Below are positions 38,221-48,817 of a stretch of DNA of 64,000 bases, piece after piece. The stretch comes from Candidatus Shapirobacteria bacterium (GTDB lineage Bacteria; Patescibacteriota; Microgenomatia; UBA12405): contig JBAZYN010000001.1 of NCBI GenBank assembly GCA_041659325.1, forward strand, positions 238,819 through 302,818, given 5' to 3'. The notes below the pieces were generated by a model. The model searched no databases. It was not told the origin of the DNA and worked only from the letters and a program-made list of their open reading frames with translations. Positions within the stretch are counted from its first letter, which is position 1. The number at the start of each line of letters is the position of its first letter. A program made the translations under genes and the position numbers.

Positions 38221-39878
38221 GGATAGCTATATTTATTTTTTTGTGTTCACTTTTCCTCTCACTTCCCATCATCCGAAGCGGCATTTCTTACGATTTTGGA
38301 ATTGGTTTCTGGGGACCAAACGCCCATGACATGATCTGGCATCTGAGCCTTGTCAACCATCTGAAAAACCCTTTTCAAATACCTCTGCCAACTTTTTCCG
38401 GGCAACTTTTAAAAAACTACCACCCATTTTACAATATCTTGGTTTCATATCTGTCCAAAATTTCCGGCATCAGCCCCTCTCTTTGGCTATTTCAAATTAT
38501 GCCTCTACTCATGTCGTTTTCCATTCTCTACCTTAGCTACAGTTTGGGGGAAAAAATCACCGGTAAAACTCATGGCGGACTTCTCCTTGTCTTTCTAAAT
38601 ACTTTTGCCAACTCTTTCGGTTGGATTATAACCCTTATCCGCTCCGGTACATTTGGAGGAGAATCCTTATTTTGGTCGATGCAATCATCAAGCACTCTGA
38701 TCAATCCACCCTATGCACTATCACTAATCTTTCTTCTCGTCCTAATCCTAATCCTTTATCAGCATCCTTACCACCAACATCTTTCCGCCCAAAAACTGGT
38801 CATCGTCGGTCTCATCCTCGTCCTCTGTCCTATCACAAAATCATATTCCGCCATCCCTCTCTATGGATTTTTCTCTGTCTTTAGTCTGGCTGCCTTAAAA
38901 AATAAAAACTTCCAGCCAATAATAATGCTTGCGATATCACTGGCATTAGCCGCACTTCTCTTTTCTATATACAACAAATCATCGGTTAGTTTATTAATAT
39001 ACAAACCGTTTTGGTTTATCAACTCCATGATCGAGTCAAAGGACCGTCTCTACCTCCCGGTAATTGCCAATATGCGCTATACCCTGGAAGCAGCAAATAG
39101 AATTGGTCCGCGCCTGATAGGTCTATATCTGATAGGCTTCGCCAGTTTTGTTATCGGTAACTTTAGTTGGCGAGTTATCGGGTTCTTGTCGCTCAGTCAA
39201 AAACAAAATAAAATTCTTGCCGCCATTATCTTGCTTTTAACATTAATTCCGACATTTTTTATCCAATCAGGCACAAGTTGGAACACCATTCAATTCCTTT
39301 ATTACGCCTTATTTTTATCAAACATTCTTCTGACTATCCATATCACCACCAATCTTCAAAAAGTTTCCATCAAAATCCTTTTATTCTTAGTTCTGACTAC
39401 CTCACTTCTTAGCAATATCGATTTCATCCAAAATTATACCGGCAACCCTCCTCCTACAGCTATAGATAGAAATGAGCTCGAAGCAATAAGTTTTTTAAAT
39501 AAACTTCCGCCAGGAACCATCCTTACCTACCCCTTTGACCAATACTCAAAACTTATCCACCCATCCACACCTCTGCCGATATATCTTTACGAAACTACCT
39601 CGTATCTGGCCGCCTATACCAAGCACCAGACATTTGTTGACGATTATATGAATCTTCAAAATTCAGGTTACAACTGGACCGAAAGACTGGATAGTTCAAA
39701 AAAGTTTTTTGACCAGAAATCAATATACCAAGACAGGGGATTCTTGGTTAACAATGGTATCGATTATATCTACCTGGCCGGATCCCAAAAAAATAAAACC
39801 GATCTGAAAATAGATCAGTTATACATAAAAAATATTTTTGAAAATCCGGAAATTATCATCTATAAAGTGGAAAGATGA
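38199..39878 (+). CDS. Unclassified large polytopic membrane protein (possible GT-C / polymerase-like)
   Basis: The 559-aa protein has many TM segments. An N-terminal loop reads 'GIGFWGPNAHDMIWHLSLVNHL'. It sits between the flippase and a GT2 block. Confidence 0.35.
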   Translation: MVFKQKIGIAIFIFLCSLFLSLPIIRSGISYDFGIGFWGPNAHDMIWHLSLVNHLKNPFQIPLPTFSGQLLKNYHPFYNILVSYLSKISGISPSLWLFQIMPLLMSFSILYLSYSLGEKITGKTHGGLLLVFLNTFANSFGWIITLIRSGTFGGESLFWSMQSSSTLINPPYALSLIFLLVLILILYQHPYHQHLSAQKLVIVGLILVLCPITKSYSAIPLYGFFSVFSLAALKNKNFQPIIMLAISLALAALLFSIYNKSSVSLLIYKPFWFINSMIESKDRLYLPVIANMRYTLEAANRIGPRLIGLYLIGFASFVIGNFSWRVIGFLSLSQKQNKILAAIILLLTLIPTFFIQSGTSWNTIQFLYYALFLSNILLTIHITTNLQKVSIKILLFLVLTTSLLSNIDFIQNYTGNPPPTAIDRNELEAISFLNKLPPGTILTYPFDQYSKLIHPSTPLPIYLYETTSYLAAYTKHQTFVDDYMNLQNSGYNWTERLDSSKKFFDQKSIYQDRGFLVNNGIDYIYLAGSQKNKTDLKIDQLYIKNIFENPEIIIYKVER

Positions 39879-39896
39879 TAAAATAACCTATCTCTT

Positions 39897-40832
39897 ATGC
39901 AAAACCAACCTCTAATTTCTGCCGTAATTAATATCAAGAATGAAGCGGATTCCCTCAAAAAATGTCTGAAATCTATTAAAAATTTTGCTGATGAAATTAT
40001 CGTTATCGACATGTACTCCACCGATAACGGTAAACTAATTGCCGAAAGTTTTGGCGCCAAAGTTATCCAATACCGACCGGTAAAGGTGGTAGAAATTGCC
40101 CGAAATTTTGCATTATCAAAAGCTAGCGGGAAATGGATAATACTTCTGGACCCAGATGAATATCTTAACAAAACACTAAAAAGGGAGCTTACCAGGATCA
40201 CCCAAAGGCAAGATGTGGATTTTGTCAGAATACCTAGAAAAAATATTATTTTTGGTAAATGGATCAGGCACTCCAATAGCTGGCCGGATTATCTTATCCG
40301 TTTTTTCAAAAAAGGCTCCGTAACCTGGAAAAAGGAAATTCATAGCCAACCGGAAACCAAGGGCAATGGGATTAACCTCCTCGATAGTGAAAAACTAGCC
40401 ATCAGGCACAACAACTACAAAACCGTATCTCAATTTGTCTTCCGGGCTATGCGTTACAGTGGAGTTCAGGCAGACGAATTGAAAGAAAATGGTTATAAAG
40501 TTAAAATAGGCGATTTTATCCTCAAACCTATTCAGGAATTTAATAGCCGCTTTTTCTCCGCCGAAGGCTACAAAGACGGGGTCCATGGACTCATTTTTTC
40601 AATTTTACAGGGCTTTGCCATCTCCCTTATCTATATCCGACTCTGGGAAAAACAGGGAAGCCAGGACAAGCCCATGCCAAAGGACTCATTTGTTTCCGCC
40701 AGCCAGGAATCTACCTATGAATATAGCTATTGGTTTACCAGATACTTCAGACAAGAATATTCCAAAAATATCTTTAAAATAATAATAATCAGATTAAGAA
40801 ACACCCTGGATAGGTTTACAAAAAATTTTTAA
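39897..40832 (+). CDS. Family 2 glycosyltransferase
   Basis: 'ISAVINIKNEADSLKKCLKSI' is followed by 'IIVIDMYSTDNG' and 'ILLDPDE'. Confidence 0.7.
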   Translation: MQNQPLISAVINIKNEADSLKKCLKSIKNFADEIIVIDMYSTDNGKLIAESFGAKVIQYRPVKVVEIARNFALSKASGKWIILLDPDEYLNKTLKRELTRITQRQDVDFVRIPRKNIIFGKWIRHSNSWPDYLIRFFKKGSVTWKKEIHSQPETKGNGINLLDSEKLAIRHNNYKTVSQFVFRAMRYSGVQADELKENGYKVKIGDFILKPIQEFNSRFFSAEGYKDGVHGLIFSILQGFAISLIYIRLWEKQGSQDKPMPKDSFVSASQESTYEYSYWFTRYFRQEYSKNIFKIIIIRLRNTLDRFTKNF

Positions 40833-40834
40833 CC

Positions 40835-41749
40835 ATGGTTAGAATCGCAATTTTGATTCTCAACTGGAAGCAGCCGGAATTGACCATTCAGACCCTCGAC
40901 TCCTATTTAAAAATCAAACATAAGAATTTTGAATATAAAATTTTTTCCATCGACAATGGATCAGCCGATGGATCATTTAAAAAATTAAAATCTCTCTACA
41001 AAAACAACCCACAATTAACAATCTTGAAAAACCCTACAAATATTGGATATGTTCCGGCTTTCAATAAGGAAATTAAAAAAAAATTAGACTACGATTACAT
41101 TCTTGTCAGCAATAACGATATATTGGTCGATCCATACTTCTTAGAAAATTTAGTCACTGCGGCTTTACAATCAAACTTCGACATCTTGGGACCAAAAATC
41201 TACTTCGCCCCCGGGTATGAATATCATAAACATCGCTACACTCCCAAAGAAATCGGAAAAGTCATCTGGTTTGCCGGGGGCAAAATGGATTGGGCTAATA
41301 TTATCGGCAGCAACATAGGAGTCGACGAGGTAGACACGGGGCAACATGATCAAATCAAAACCAACATAGATTTTATCACCGGCTGTTGCATGTTGGTTAA
41401 ATCCGGGGTATTTAAAAAAATTGGACTCTTTGACAAAGACTATTTTATGTACCTTGAAGATGTTGACTTTTGCCAACGAGCCAAAAAATCCGGTTTCCGA
41501 CTTGCCTATATCCCCCAGGCATTTATCTGGCATGTCAACTCAGGCTCTTCTTCAAGTGGTTCATCGCTTCAGGACTATTTCATCAGCAGAAATCGTCTTA
41601 TTTTTGGTCTAAAATATGCAAACCTTCGGGCCAAATTTGCCCTTATCCGAGAATCAATCAAAATTTTTCTGACCTCAAAATCATTTTGGAAAAAACAAGC
41701 CGTCTCTGATTTTTACTTGAACAATCTTGGCAAAGGAAGTTGGAAATGA
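40835..41749 (+). CDS. Family 2 glycosyltransferase
   Basis: 'IAILILNWKQPELT' is followed by 'SIDNGSADGS' and 'VSNNDILV'. Confidence 0.7.
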   Translation: MVRIAILILNWKQPELTIQTLDSYLKIKHKNFEYKIFSIDNGSADGSFKKLKSLYKNNPQLTILKNPTNIGYVPAFNKEIKKKLDYDYILVSNNDILVDPYFLENLVTAALQSNFDILGPKIYFAPGYEYHKHRYTPKEIGKVIWFAGGKMDWANIIGSNIGVDEVDTGQHDQIKTNIDFITGCCMLVKSGVFKKIGLFDKDYFMYLEDVDFCQRAKKSGFRLAYIPQAFIWHVNSGSSSSGSSLQDYFISRNRLIFGLKYANLRAKFALIRESIKIFLTSKSFWKKQAVSDFYLNNLGKGSWK

Positions 41750-42534
41750 AAAAAATATCCTTATCAATCATCATCTTGGCCGGCAATGAAGAAAAGATAA
41801 TCAAAAACTGTCTGAAAAGTTGTACCTGGGCAGACGAAGTTGTTTTGGTTGCCGCCAATTCAACCGACAGCACGGTATCCATTTCAAAACAAATAATCCG
41901 AGACATTGTTATTGTCAAAACTACAGATGAATACAATAAGAATTTTTCCAAGTGGAGAAACCTTGGGTATAAGAAATCAAAAGGGGATTGGATCTTCTAC
42001 GTTGACGCAGATGAAGTCGTCACTCAAAATCTAAAAGACGAAATACTATCAACAATTACAAACCCATCGGCTTCATACTATGTAGTTCCACGGGCAAATC
42101 ATTATCTGGGAAAAAGAGTTTACTATGGCGGCTCATACCCCGACTATGTAAAAAGACTATACTACCGCCCCAAATTTAGAGGATACACCGGATACCTCCA
42201 CGAAGAACCGATTGTCTCGGGATCACTAGGTTTTCTTAAACACCATCTTGAACACTATACCCACCGAGACCTGTCATCAATGCTTGATAAAACTGTTGTT
42301 TGGACGGATATGGAGGCAAAAGCACTACTCGCAAACAATCACCCCCCAGTTGTTTGGTGGCGTTTTTTGAGAATGATGTTTACAAAAATGTGGGAAAGAC
42401 TAATAAAACAACAAATGTGGCGTGACGGAAATGTCGGCTGGATTTCTGTAATCTTCGAGATGTATGATACCTTTATTATATATGCCAGACTCTGGGAGCT
42501 ACAACAAAATGACCAAAAAAGCAGCCATCTATGA
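41740..42534 (+). CDS. Family 2 glycosyltransferase (KdtX/WaaE-like)
   Basis: 'LSIIILAGNEEKIIKNCLKSCTWADEVVLV...STDSTV' is followed by 'YVDADE'. Confidence 0.65.
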   Translation: MEMKKISLSIIILAGNEEKIIKNCLKSCTWADEVVLVAANSTDSTVSISKQIIRDIVIVKTTDEYNKNFSKWRNLGYKKSKGDWIFYVDADEVVTQNLKDEILSTITNPSASYYVVPRANHYLGKRVYYGGSYPDYVKRLYYRPKFRGYTGYLHEEPIVSGSLGFLKHHLEHYTHRDLSSMLDKTVVWTDMEAKALLANNHPPVVWWRFLRMMFTKMWERLIKQQMWRDGNVGWISVIFEMYDTFIIYARLWELQQNDQKSSHL

Positions 42535-43681
42535 TCCCTATTTAGACACTTTGGGGGGAGGTGAACGTTATTGTTTGTCTGTGGCAGAAATCCTTTTAAA
42601 AAACGGCTATAGTGTTGATTTGTTTTGGTCAGGAGACCGTTCTCTGATCAGTCGCGCCCAAGACAGATTTTCGCTTTCCATAGACAAGATAAATATCGTT
42701 CCCGATATTTTTCACATCCATAAAGAAAGAATAGACCTTGCCCTGGACGGACAGGAATTACCCAAAATCACCAGCAAAATAATTCCTCACAAAAATATTT
42801 ATCAAAAGGCCAAATCAATTTTTGAAAAATATCAGATAACCAAAAAATACGATTTGTTTTTTTATCTGAGCGATGGAAGCATCCCCATTATTTTTTCAAA
42901 AACCAACATCCTGCATGTACAGGTCCCATTTCTCCCCAAAAGATCACCTCTTCAAATACTCACCGACAATATCAAGCTATTTTTATTTAAAATAATTATC
43001 TGCAACTCGGAATTTACCTCCAGATTTACACAAAGTCACTTAAAAACAAACAAATTTATCCTTTACCCGCCGGTGGATATCCAAAAGTTTAGCTCATCTG
43101 ATAAAAAATCAGATATTATTTTGTCCGTAGGCAGATTCGACAATATCTTAAACGCCAAAAAACAGGATGTCTTGATTAATTCTTTCTCAAAATTATCACC
43201 CAAAAACCCCGGTTGGAAACTGATTTTAGCCGGCGGTAGTCTGGAAAAACCCGAAAATAATTCTTATCTAAAACACCTTAGATATATCTCAAAAAATCTC
43301 CCTGTGGAATTCTTAATTAACCCTGATTTTACTACACTAAAAAATACATATTCTGCCTCCAAAATATATTGGCACGCTGCCGGCTACGGAGTGGATGAAA
43401 ACATTAATCCCCAAAACACCGAACATTTTGGAATAACTGTGGTCGAGGCCATGTCATCCGGACTTGTCCCTATCGTCGTCGCAAAAGGAGGACTACCGGA
43501 AATTATCTCCGATGGAAAAAATGGCTACCTCTGGAGTACCACCGCAGAACTAATAGCAAAAACCAACCTTTTAATTGCCTCTCCAAAAATTCAAAAAAAT
43601 ATGTCTCAGGATGCTCTTCTTTCCTGCGAAAAATTTTCCAAAGAAAATTTTGAGAAAAAATTATTGTCGATCATCAACTAA
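42509..43681 (+). CDS. Family 4 (GT-B) glycosyltransferase
   Basis: 'EHFGITVVEAMSSGLVPIVVAKGGLPEIISDGKNGYLW' is the GT4 EX7E region. The ORF track starts it at 42464, but the ATG at 42509 ('MTKKAAIYDPYLDTLGGGE') is more plausible. Confidence 0.75.
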   Translation: MTKKAAIYDPYLDTLGGGERYCLSVAEILLKNGYSVDLFWSGDRSLISRAQDRFSLSIDKINIVPDIFHIHKERIDLALDGQELPKITSKIIPHKNIYQKAKSIFEKYQITKKYDLFFYLSDGSIPIIFSKTNILHVQVPFLPKRSPLQILTDNIKLFLFKIIICNSEFTSRFTQSHLKTNKFILYPPVDIQKFSSSDKKSDIILSVGRFDNILNAKKQDVLINSFSKLSPKNPGWKLILAGGSLEKPENNSYLKHLRYISKNLPVEFLINPDFTTLKNTYSASKIYWHAAGYGVDENINPQNTEHFGITVVEAMSSGLVPIVVAKGGLPEIISDGKNGYLWSTTAELIAKTNLLIASPKIQKNMSQDALLSCEKFSKENFEKKLLSIIN

Positions 43682-43682
43682 A

Positions 43683-44555
43683 ATGAAAATTTCTGTTATT
43701 GTTACCAACTGGAATGGACTCAATTTACTTAATAAAAATTTTATCAATGTAATACAATCCAGCCCCGAAGCCGAAGAAATCATTCTAGCCGATGATGCTT
43801 CCGAAGATGGTAGTGTGAAATACATAAAAAGTCTCCGGCCAAAATATCCACAAATAAAATTAATCACCAACTCGGTTAATATGGGTTTTGGGAAAAACAC
43901 CAATCGTGCCGTTAGTCAGGCCAAAGGAGAGCTAGTTGTGCTTCTCAATAGTGACATTACCCCGGAAAAAAATTACATAAAAAACGCCCTCCTTCACTTC
44001 AAAAATCCTAAAGTATACGGGGTTGGTTTCTCTGAACGGGGTAACGAAAATTGGGCAAAAATATATTGGAAAGAAGGTTATATTCAATATGAACCCGGGA
44101 GAGAAATCGACAAGACTCACATCACCGGTTGGCTATCCGGAGGCGGCTGCATTCTCAGGAAGGACATTTTTATAAAACTTGGCGGATTTGACGAAATTTA
44201 CGCCCCATTTTATTCCGAGGATCTGGATATTGGCTATCGGGCATGGAAGTCAGGATATATTTTATTGTGGGAGCCCAAATGTATCATCCGCCATAAACAT
44301 GAATCAACTATGTCAAAATTCCCCAAGAGATTCTCGGACTATGTTAAAGAAAGAAACCGTCTTCTCACCGTATTAAGAAATATTACCGACCCGCAAATGA
44401 TCAGGCAAAATAAACTAACTCAAATATTACGTGTTTTGTCCGGACCAAACTATCTCAAAATCATCCGTGCTGCCAAAAGACAGATCGGGAAATTTCCCTC
44501 CCAAATCGTTTTTCCAAAATTAACAGATAAAGAAATTTTTGATCTGTTTAAATAA
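43683..44555 (+). CDS. Family 2 glycosyltransferase
   Basis: 'MKISVIVTNWNGLNLL' is followed by 'ILADDASEDGS' and 'LNSDI'. I chose an internal ATG that directly follows the upstream stop. Confidence 0.7.
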   Translation: MKISVIVTNWNGLNLLNKNFINVIQSSPEAEEIILADDASEDGSVKYIKSLRPKYPQIKLITNSVNMGFGKNTNRAVSQAKGELVVLLNSDITPEKNYIKNALLHFKNPKVYGVGFSERGNENWAKIYWKEGYIQYEPGREIDKTHITGWLSGGGCILRKDIFIKLGGFDEIYAPFYSEDLDIGYRAWKSGYILLWEPKCIIRHKHESTMSKFPKRFSDYVKERNRLLTVLRNITDPQMIRQNKLTQILRVLSGPNYLKIIRAAKRQIGKFPSQIVFPKLTDKEIFDLFK

Positions 44556-44589
44556 AACCACCTTATTGTCCGTTATACATAAACAAAAT

Positions 44590-45402
44590 ATGCCTGAATT
44601 ATCGATAATCGTTCTTACCTGGAACACCTCAGAAATTACAAAAAAGTGTGTTTTAAGTATTAAAAGATCTTTAGAAAATAAAATTGACTATGAAATTATC
44701 GTCGCAGATAACGGATCTACTGATAACACTCAGCAAGTCTTTAAAGACCTAAAATTTGTAAAATATATCAAACTCTCGAAAAACTATGGATTTTCAAAAG
44801 GCAATAATCTGGCGGCAAAATACGCAAAAGGCAAATATATCCTATTTCTCAATTCCGATATGGAATTATTAAATAGTCGGCTTATCGACATGCTTCGTCA
44901 CATTAAACTAAATCCCATAATAGGTCTTATCGGTCCAAAATTTCTAAATGTTGATCAAAGCCCACAGGGATCCGTTTTCCCCCCCCAAACTATTACAAAT
45001 GCCTTCAGAGAATTTTGGTTGGGCCAAAAATCATACTCCAAGTACACACCGGCAACAGATAAGCCAATTGAGGTCTGGGCCGTCTCCGGCGGTGCTGTCA
45101 TTATTGACCGCAGTCTTTTTGAAAAAATCGGTGGCTGGGACACAAGGTATTTTATGTTTTACGAAGACCTGGAATTGTGCCGCCAAATCAAAAAGCTAAA
45201 TTATAAAATATTTTTTTACCCTCAATGCTCACTTGTCCATCATCACGGCGCCAGCGGAAAGAATCTGGCAAGCAATATTAACCAATGGAGACGACTAATT
45301 CCGAGTTCAAAAATATTTCATGGACTCGCAAGGCATTTTTTAATCAACTCTACAATTTGGTCGGGTCAAAAATACCAAAAAATAAAAAGGTTGTTTGGCT
45401 AG
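44590..45402 (+). CDS. Family 2 glycosyltransferase
   Basis: 'MPELSIIVLTWNTSEIT' is followed by 'IVADNGSTDNT' and 'FLNSDMEL'. Confidence 0.7.
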   Translation: MPELSIIVLTWNTSEITKKCVLSIKRSLENKIDYEIIVADNGSTDNTQQVFKDLKFVKYIKLSKNYGFSKGNNLAAKYAKGKYILFLNSDMELLNSRLIDMLRHIKLNPIIGLIGPKFLNVDQSPQGSVFPPQTITNAFREFWLGQKSYSKYTPATDKPIEVWAVSGGAVIIDRSLFEKIGGWDTRYFMFYEDLELCRQIKKLNYKIFFYPQCSLVHHHGASGKNLASNINQWRRLIPSSKIFHGLARHFLINSTIWSGQKYQKIKRLFG

Positions 45403-47036
45403 TAATTTCCTTCATCTTTTTCGACCAAATAAAACAAGGGTAGTCCGTCAAAATCCCTGATCGTTTTCACTGTTTTTATACCACTGGGAGGATCCTTGCT
45501 CCAATCCCAATCACCTCCTACATTTTTTTCCTGTGAAATCAAGTATAAAACACCACTATTCATTTTATTACTTTCCAACCTACCATAAAAATCGACAAAG
45601 CAAACCGCCGGACTGATACAGAAGCCGTCAAATCCATCAATCTGTTTGTCCATTTTGTCCACCACTCCAAAAACACTGGCGGGATCCACTTTGTTCCAAA
45701 ACAAAAATCTGATCAACGACGGCTCATATGTATTATCCATTAATACTCTGTCATATTTTGGATAATTATTGGCAATGTATAACATCGCCTCTTTGTAGCC
45801 ATAATGCCACCATCTGGAGCTCTGGTCCCTATAAAAATTCCAATAATAATATTGGAAATTACAAAATTCAAAAATCAAAATACACATAGCTGCTACCCAC
45901 CATCCTCTGGTTAAGTTAGCAAATCCCAATCCGGCAAAATACATTAACGGATATATCATCAAAAACAATCTGGAGGCATGATTATATCCATCGATTGTCA
46001 AACTCGACGGTATCGGCGCCAATAACAGTAATCCCAACAACCAAAAATCAGCTACCACCTTCTTTTTTCTGGTCATCGTCACCAACAATCCCACTATCAC
46101 TAGTGGAGCCATTATCCAATACAAATTCCCCACCTGCCTCAGTGAGTGTCTAAATGTTATATCACCATTTCTAAACAGAAAATCGGGACTAAAGGCATTT
46201 AAATAGTTAAATAATATTTTCTTGCCCACCACAACATATTTGTTATAAAAAACCTTGGAAATCATTGCATTACCTGAAGCCTCCCGGTACTTGGCCATCT
46301 CTACCACCACCTGTCCGTCGGCAAACACAGAAAATTTACCGAATCTGTCGGCGGCATGACCGTAAAAAATCTGGTAAATCATCGGCAAAGAAAATACTAA
46401 CCCGACAAGAAACAATATCAAATATTGCTTCTTGCTTGCCCGAAAGACGATCAAAGTCATTAGCGCCAATAGCGGCACATAAATATTGGCCGTATTATAA
46501 GTATAAAAACCAAGGCTCAGCAAGAACCCGCTTAAAACAGTAAAATAATATCCGCTCCTTTTTAGTCCTAAAATCAAAAAATATGCTCCCCATATCAGCA
46601 AGGAGGACAGCAATGTCAACTCAAAACCAGCCCGGCTATATTGTATATGCCAGGGAGAAACTGTAATAAAAAATATTACCGCCACAATTACTTTCTTTCG
46701 GATATTTAGAAGCTTCAATGATAAAGCAAACCCCGAAATCCCCAAAATCCCAAAAAATGACGAAACCATTCTTACTCCGAATTCATTTAGCCCAAAAATT
46801 TTTATAAATGGAACCATCGCATACATTAACCCCGGAGCCCTCCATTCAGAAAAACTATGAATATATGCCGGTATTAGATTCCCTTTATAGTCCCTTCCCG
46901 TCATCAATAGAGAATAAGATTGATATCCTGCATCCAATTCGTCCCCAAACAACTCCAGATAGTCTAATCTATAAACCCTCAAAAAAACCGCTAGAACCAT
47001 TAATGCCACCATCATTAGAACAAATTTCACTTTCAT
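45399..47036 (-). CDS. PMT/ArnT-superfamily (GT39/GT83-like) GT-C membrane glycosyltransferase, paralog 2
   Basis: 'LELFGDELDAGYQSYSLLMTGRDYKGNLIP' is the family motif. The C-terminus carries 'YYYWNFY...WWHYGYKEAM'. The start ATG overlaps the stop of the upstream minus-strand gene as ATGA. Confidence 0.6.
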   Translation of the reverse strand: MKVKFVLMMVALMVLAVFLRVYRLDYLELFGDELDAGYQSYSLLMTGRDYKGNLIPAYIHSFSEWRAPGLMYAMVPFIKIFGLNEFGVRMVSSFFGILGISGFALSLKLLNIRKKVIVAVIFFITVSPWHIQYSRAGFELTLLSSLLIWGAYFLILGLKRSGYYFTVLSGFLLSLGFYTYNTANIYVPLLALMTLIVFRASKKQYLILFLVGLVFSLPMIYQIFYGHAADRFGKFSVFADGQVVVEMAKYREASGNAMISKVFYNKYVVVGKKILFNYLNAFSPDFLFRNGDITFRHSLRQVGNLYWIMAPLVIVGLLVTMTRKKKVVADFWLLGLLLLAPIPSSLTIDGYNHASRLFLMIYPLMYFAGLGFANLTRGWWVAAMCILIFEFCNFQYYYWNFYRDQSSRWWHYGYKEAMLYIANNYPKYDRVLMDNTYEPSLIRFLFWNKVDPASVFGVVDKMDKQIDGFDGFCISPAVCFVDFYGRLESNKMNSGVLYLISQEKNVGGDWDWSKDPPSGIKTVKTIRDFDGLPLFYLVEKDEGNY

Positions 47037-48817
47037 ATCCAATAAACAATCGATAAGCCAGCCACCACCATCCACCACCACCAAAAATGTGTCGCTTTAT
47101 TCCATATATCTGTTAATTCAGGAGAAGTCTGACCATATAAATTTACGGCCAAACGATTCTCCTGGTCCATTCCGATCTTTAGTAACCCGTCGTTTACAAC
47201 CACTTTTTGTATTGAAATTTTTAGAGTCTCGGAATTTCTCATTACCAACGGAACATCAACCCTCAGCCACGTGTTTGCCCCGGCGTTAAATCCGCTAAAC
47301 TCTTTCTCAAATGTGTTTCCATTGCTGTCCGAAACAACCAATGTACCGATATCTTTTGAGTTAAGGCCGGGATTGTCCAGAAATATTTCAAAATATTTTA
47401 AACTTGATACAGAATCATATACCCACTCCCGACTTACTATTCCCTCTATCGGTACCCTCGTTTCACTCAATCCGGATGGACTTTTTTCAATAACTTGTAA
47501 ACTGCTAATAAATAAAACCAGTAGGATCATCAACAGCCACGGTAAAAGTATTAACCATTTCGGTAAATCTAATTTTGTTTTATTCTCTACATTATCTTTT
47601 TTTATTTTTTGTCCCAAGAACCAAACCGCCACCCCAGCCAACACACTCTGACAAAGATTAATCAACCCACTAATATTAATAACTCTATTCCTGGCAAATT
47701 CGGATATTGTCGGATAGTTAATCAAATTCGGGCTAATCGGCGCCACCAACCCCCAACTAAGAAATTTATCATCAAAACCAAGAGTCAAACCAATCCACGA
47801 CATCAAAATCAATAAACCAACAATTATTTCAACTTTGGTAATCTTTTTGGTCGCGAATATGATTGAAGCAAATGGTGACAACCATAGTAACCATTGAGGA
47901 TTAAAATGACTAAAACCCAAGATAACCAAAGAGCTCTCCATAATCATCAGACAACCAAAAGATAATTTTTTACCAAAACGGTTGCTCACTGCCTTTAATG
48001 CCACCACCACCAACAGTAACGGTACTATCATTATCTCTTTACCAAAACCAATCGAAATATTTGAGACGAACATTCTCTGTGACAACCCGGAGTTCAACAC
48101 CGCCTCAGTAAAATAACTTTTCCCTATCCAGGGCAACAATATCAACCCGTAAACCATCATCACTCCGAAAAACTTCAGCACCAACTTATAGATACTTTTC
48201 TCCCAAGCCAACAAAAACATAATCACCCATATAATAGGATATGTTTTAACCCCTGCTGCCAACCCCCAAAACAGCACGGCAAGCCCCCACCTCTCGTAAC
48301 ATAATATTCCTGAAAGAAACAAAATTATTGCCACTATATCATTTTGACCCATGACCACCAAAGAGAATAAGGTTATCGGGTTAAAATACCAGATAAGGGC
48401 CGCTCGTAAAGCTTTTTTTTCGTTACCACAATATTTCTTTACAATTCTGTATATCAACCAACCACTTACTAAACCCAAAATCAGCAACGGAAATTTCGCC
48501 GCCAAATTATATCTCAAGGAGTTAACATCAAAACTTGCCTCTGCGCTACCACTCTCAAGCCACTGATCAAAACCACTCCCTCCGATAAATTTTGAAATTG
48601 GATAATGAACCTTCAACCACCAAAAGTGAGCCGGTGGATAGTGAAAATCCGGTATATCTAGTTTGTGAGCATCTATATAACCATAGACATCCCATACTTT
48701 TCCGTTCCCCAATGACGGATACCTTAAGGTCAACTTTGTATCAGGATGATAAGTAAACGGAGCCACTAAAAAATAAACCACCATCGCCAAAAGTATTATT
48801 TTTTTCATATTATTCAA
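47033..48817 (-). CDS. DUF2029/GT87-like GT-C membrane protein, paralog 2
   Basis: 'FNPITLFSLVVMGQNDIVAIILFL' can be compared with 'FNPLGIYVGSMMGQVDIMIAFWLVL' in the 30259 gene. The protein has a long C-terminal soluble domain. Confidence 0.45.
   Translation of the reverse strand: MNNMKKIILLAMVVYFLVAPFTYHPDTKLTLRYPSLGNGKVWDVYGYIDAHKLDIPDFHYPPAHFWWLKVHYPISKFIGGSGFDQWLESGSAEASFDVNSLRYNLAAKFPLLILGLVSGWLIYRIVKKYCGNEKKALRAALIWYFNPITLFSLVVMGQNDIVAIILFLSGILCYERWGLAVLFWGLAAGVKTYPIIWVIMFLLAWEKSIYKLVLKFFGVMMVYGLILLPWIGKSYFTEAVLNSGLSQRMFVSNISIGFGKEIMIVPLLLVVVALKAVSNRFGKKLSFGCLMIMESSLVILGFSHFNPQWLLWLSPFASIIFATKKITKVEIIVGLLILMSWIGLTLGFDDKFLSWGLVAPISPNLINYPTISEFARNRVINISGLINLCQSVLAGVAVWFLGQKIKKDNVENKTKLDLPKWLILLPWLLMILLVLFISSLQVIEKSPSGLSETRVPIEGIVSREWVYDSVSSLKYFEIFLDNPGLNSKDIGTLVVSDSNGNTFEKEFSGFNAGANTWLRVDVPLVMRNSETLKISIQKVVVNDGLLKIGMDQENRLAVNLYGQTSPELTDIWNKATHFWWWWMVVAGLSIVYWI

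Noticed and set aside
42464-42508. Track start of the GT4 gene (MIPLLYMPDSG...) and the similar long 5' extensions at 43575, 44539, 36730, 57807 and 59368
   Set aside because: The extensions overlap the upstream genes by 45-110 nt and precede the conserved N-terminal motifs. Internal ATGs that abut or minimally overlap the upstream stop are more plausible, and I adjusted the feature coordinates accordingly.
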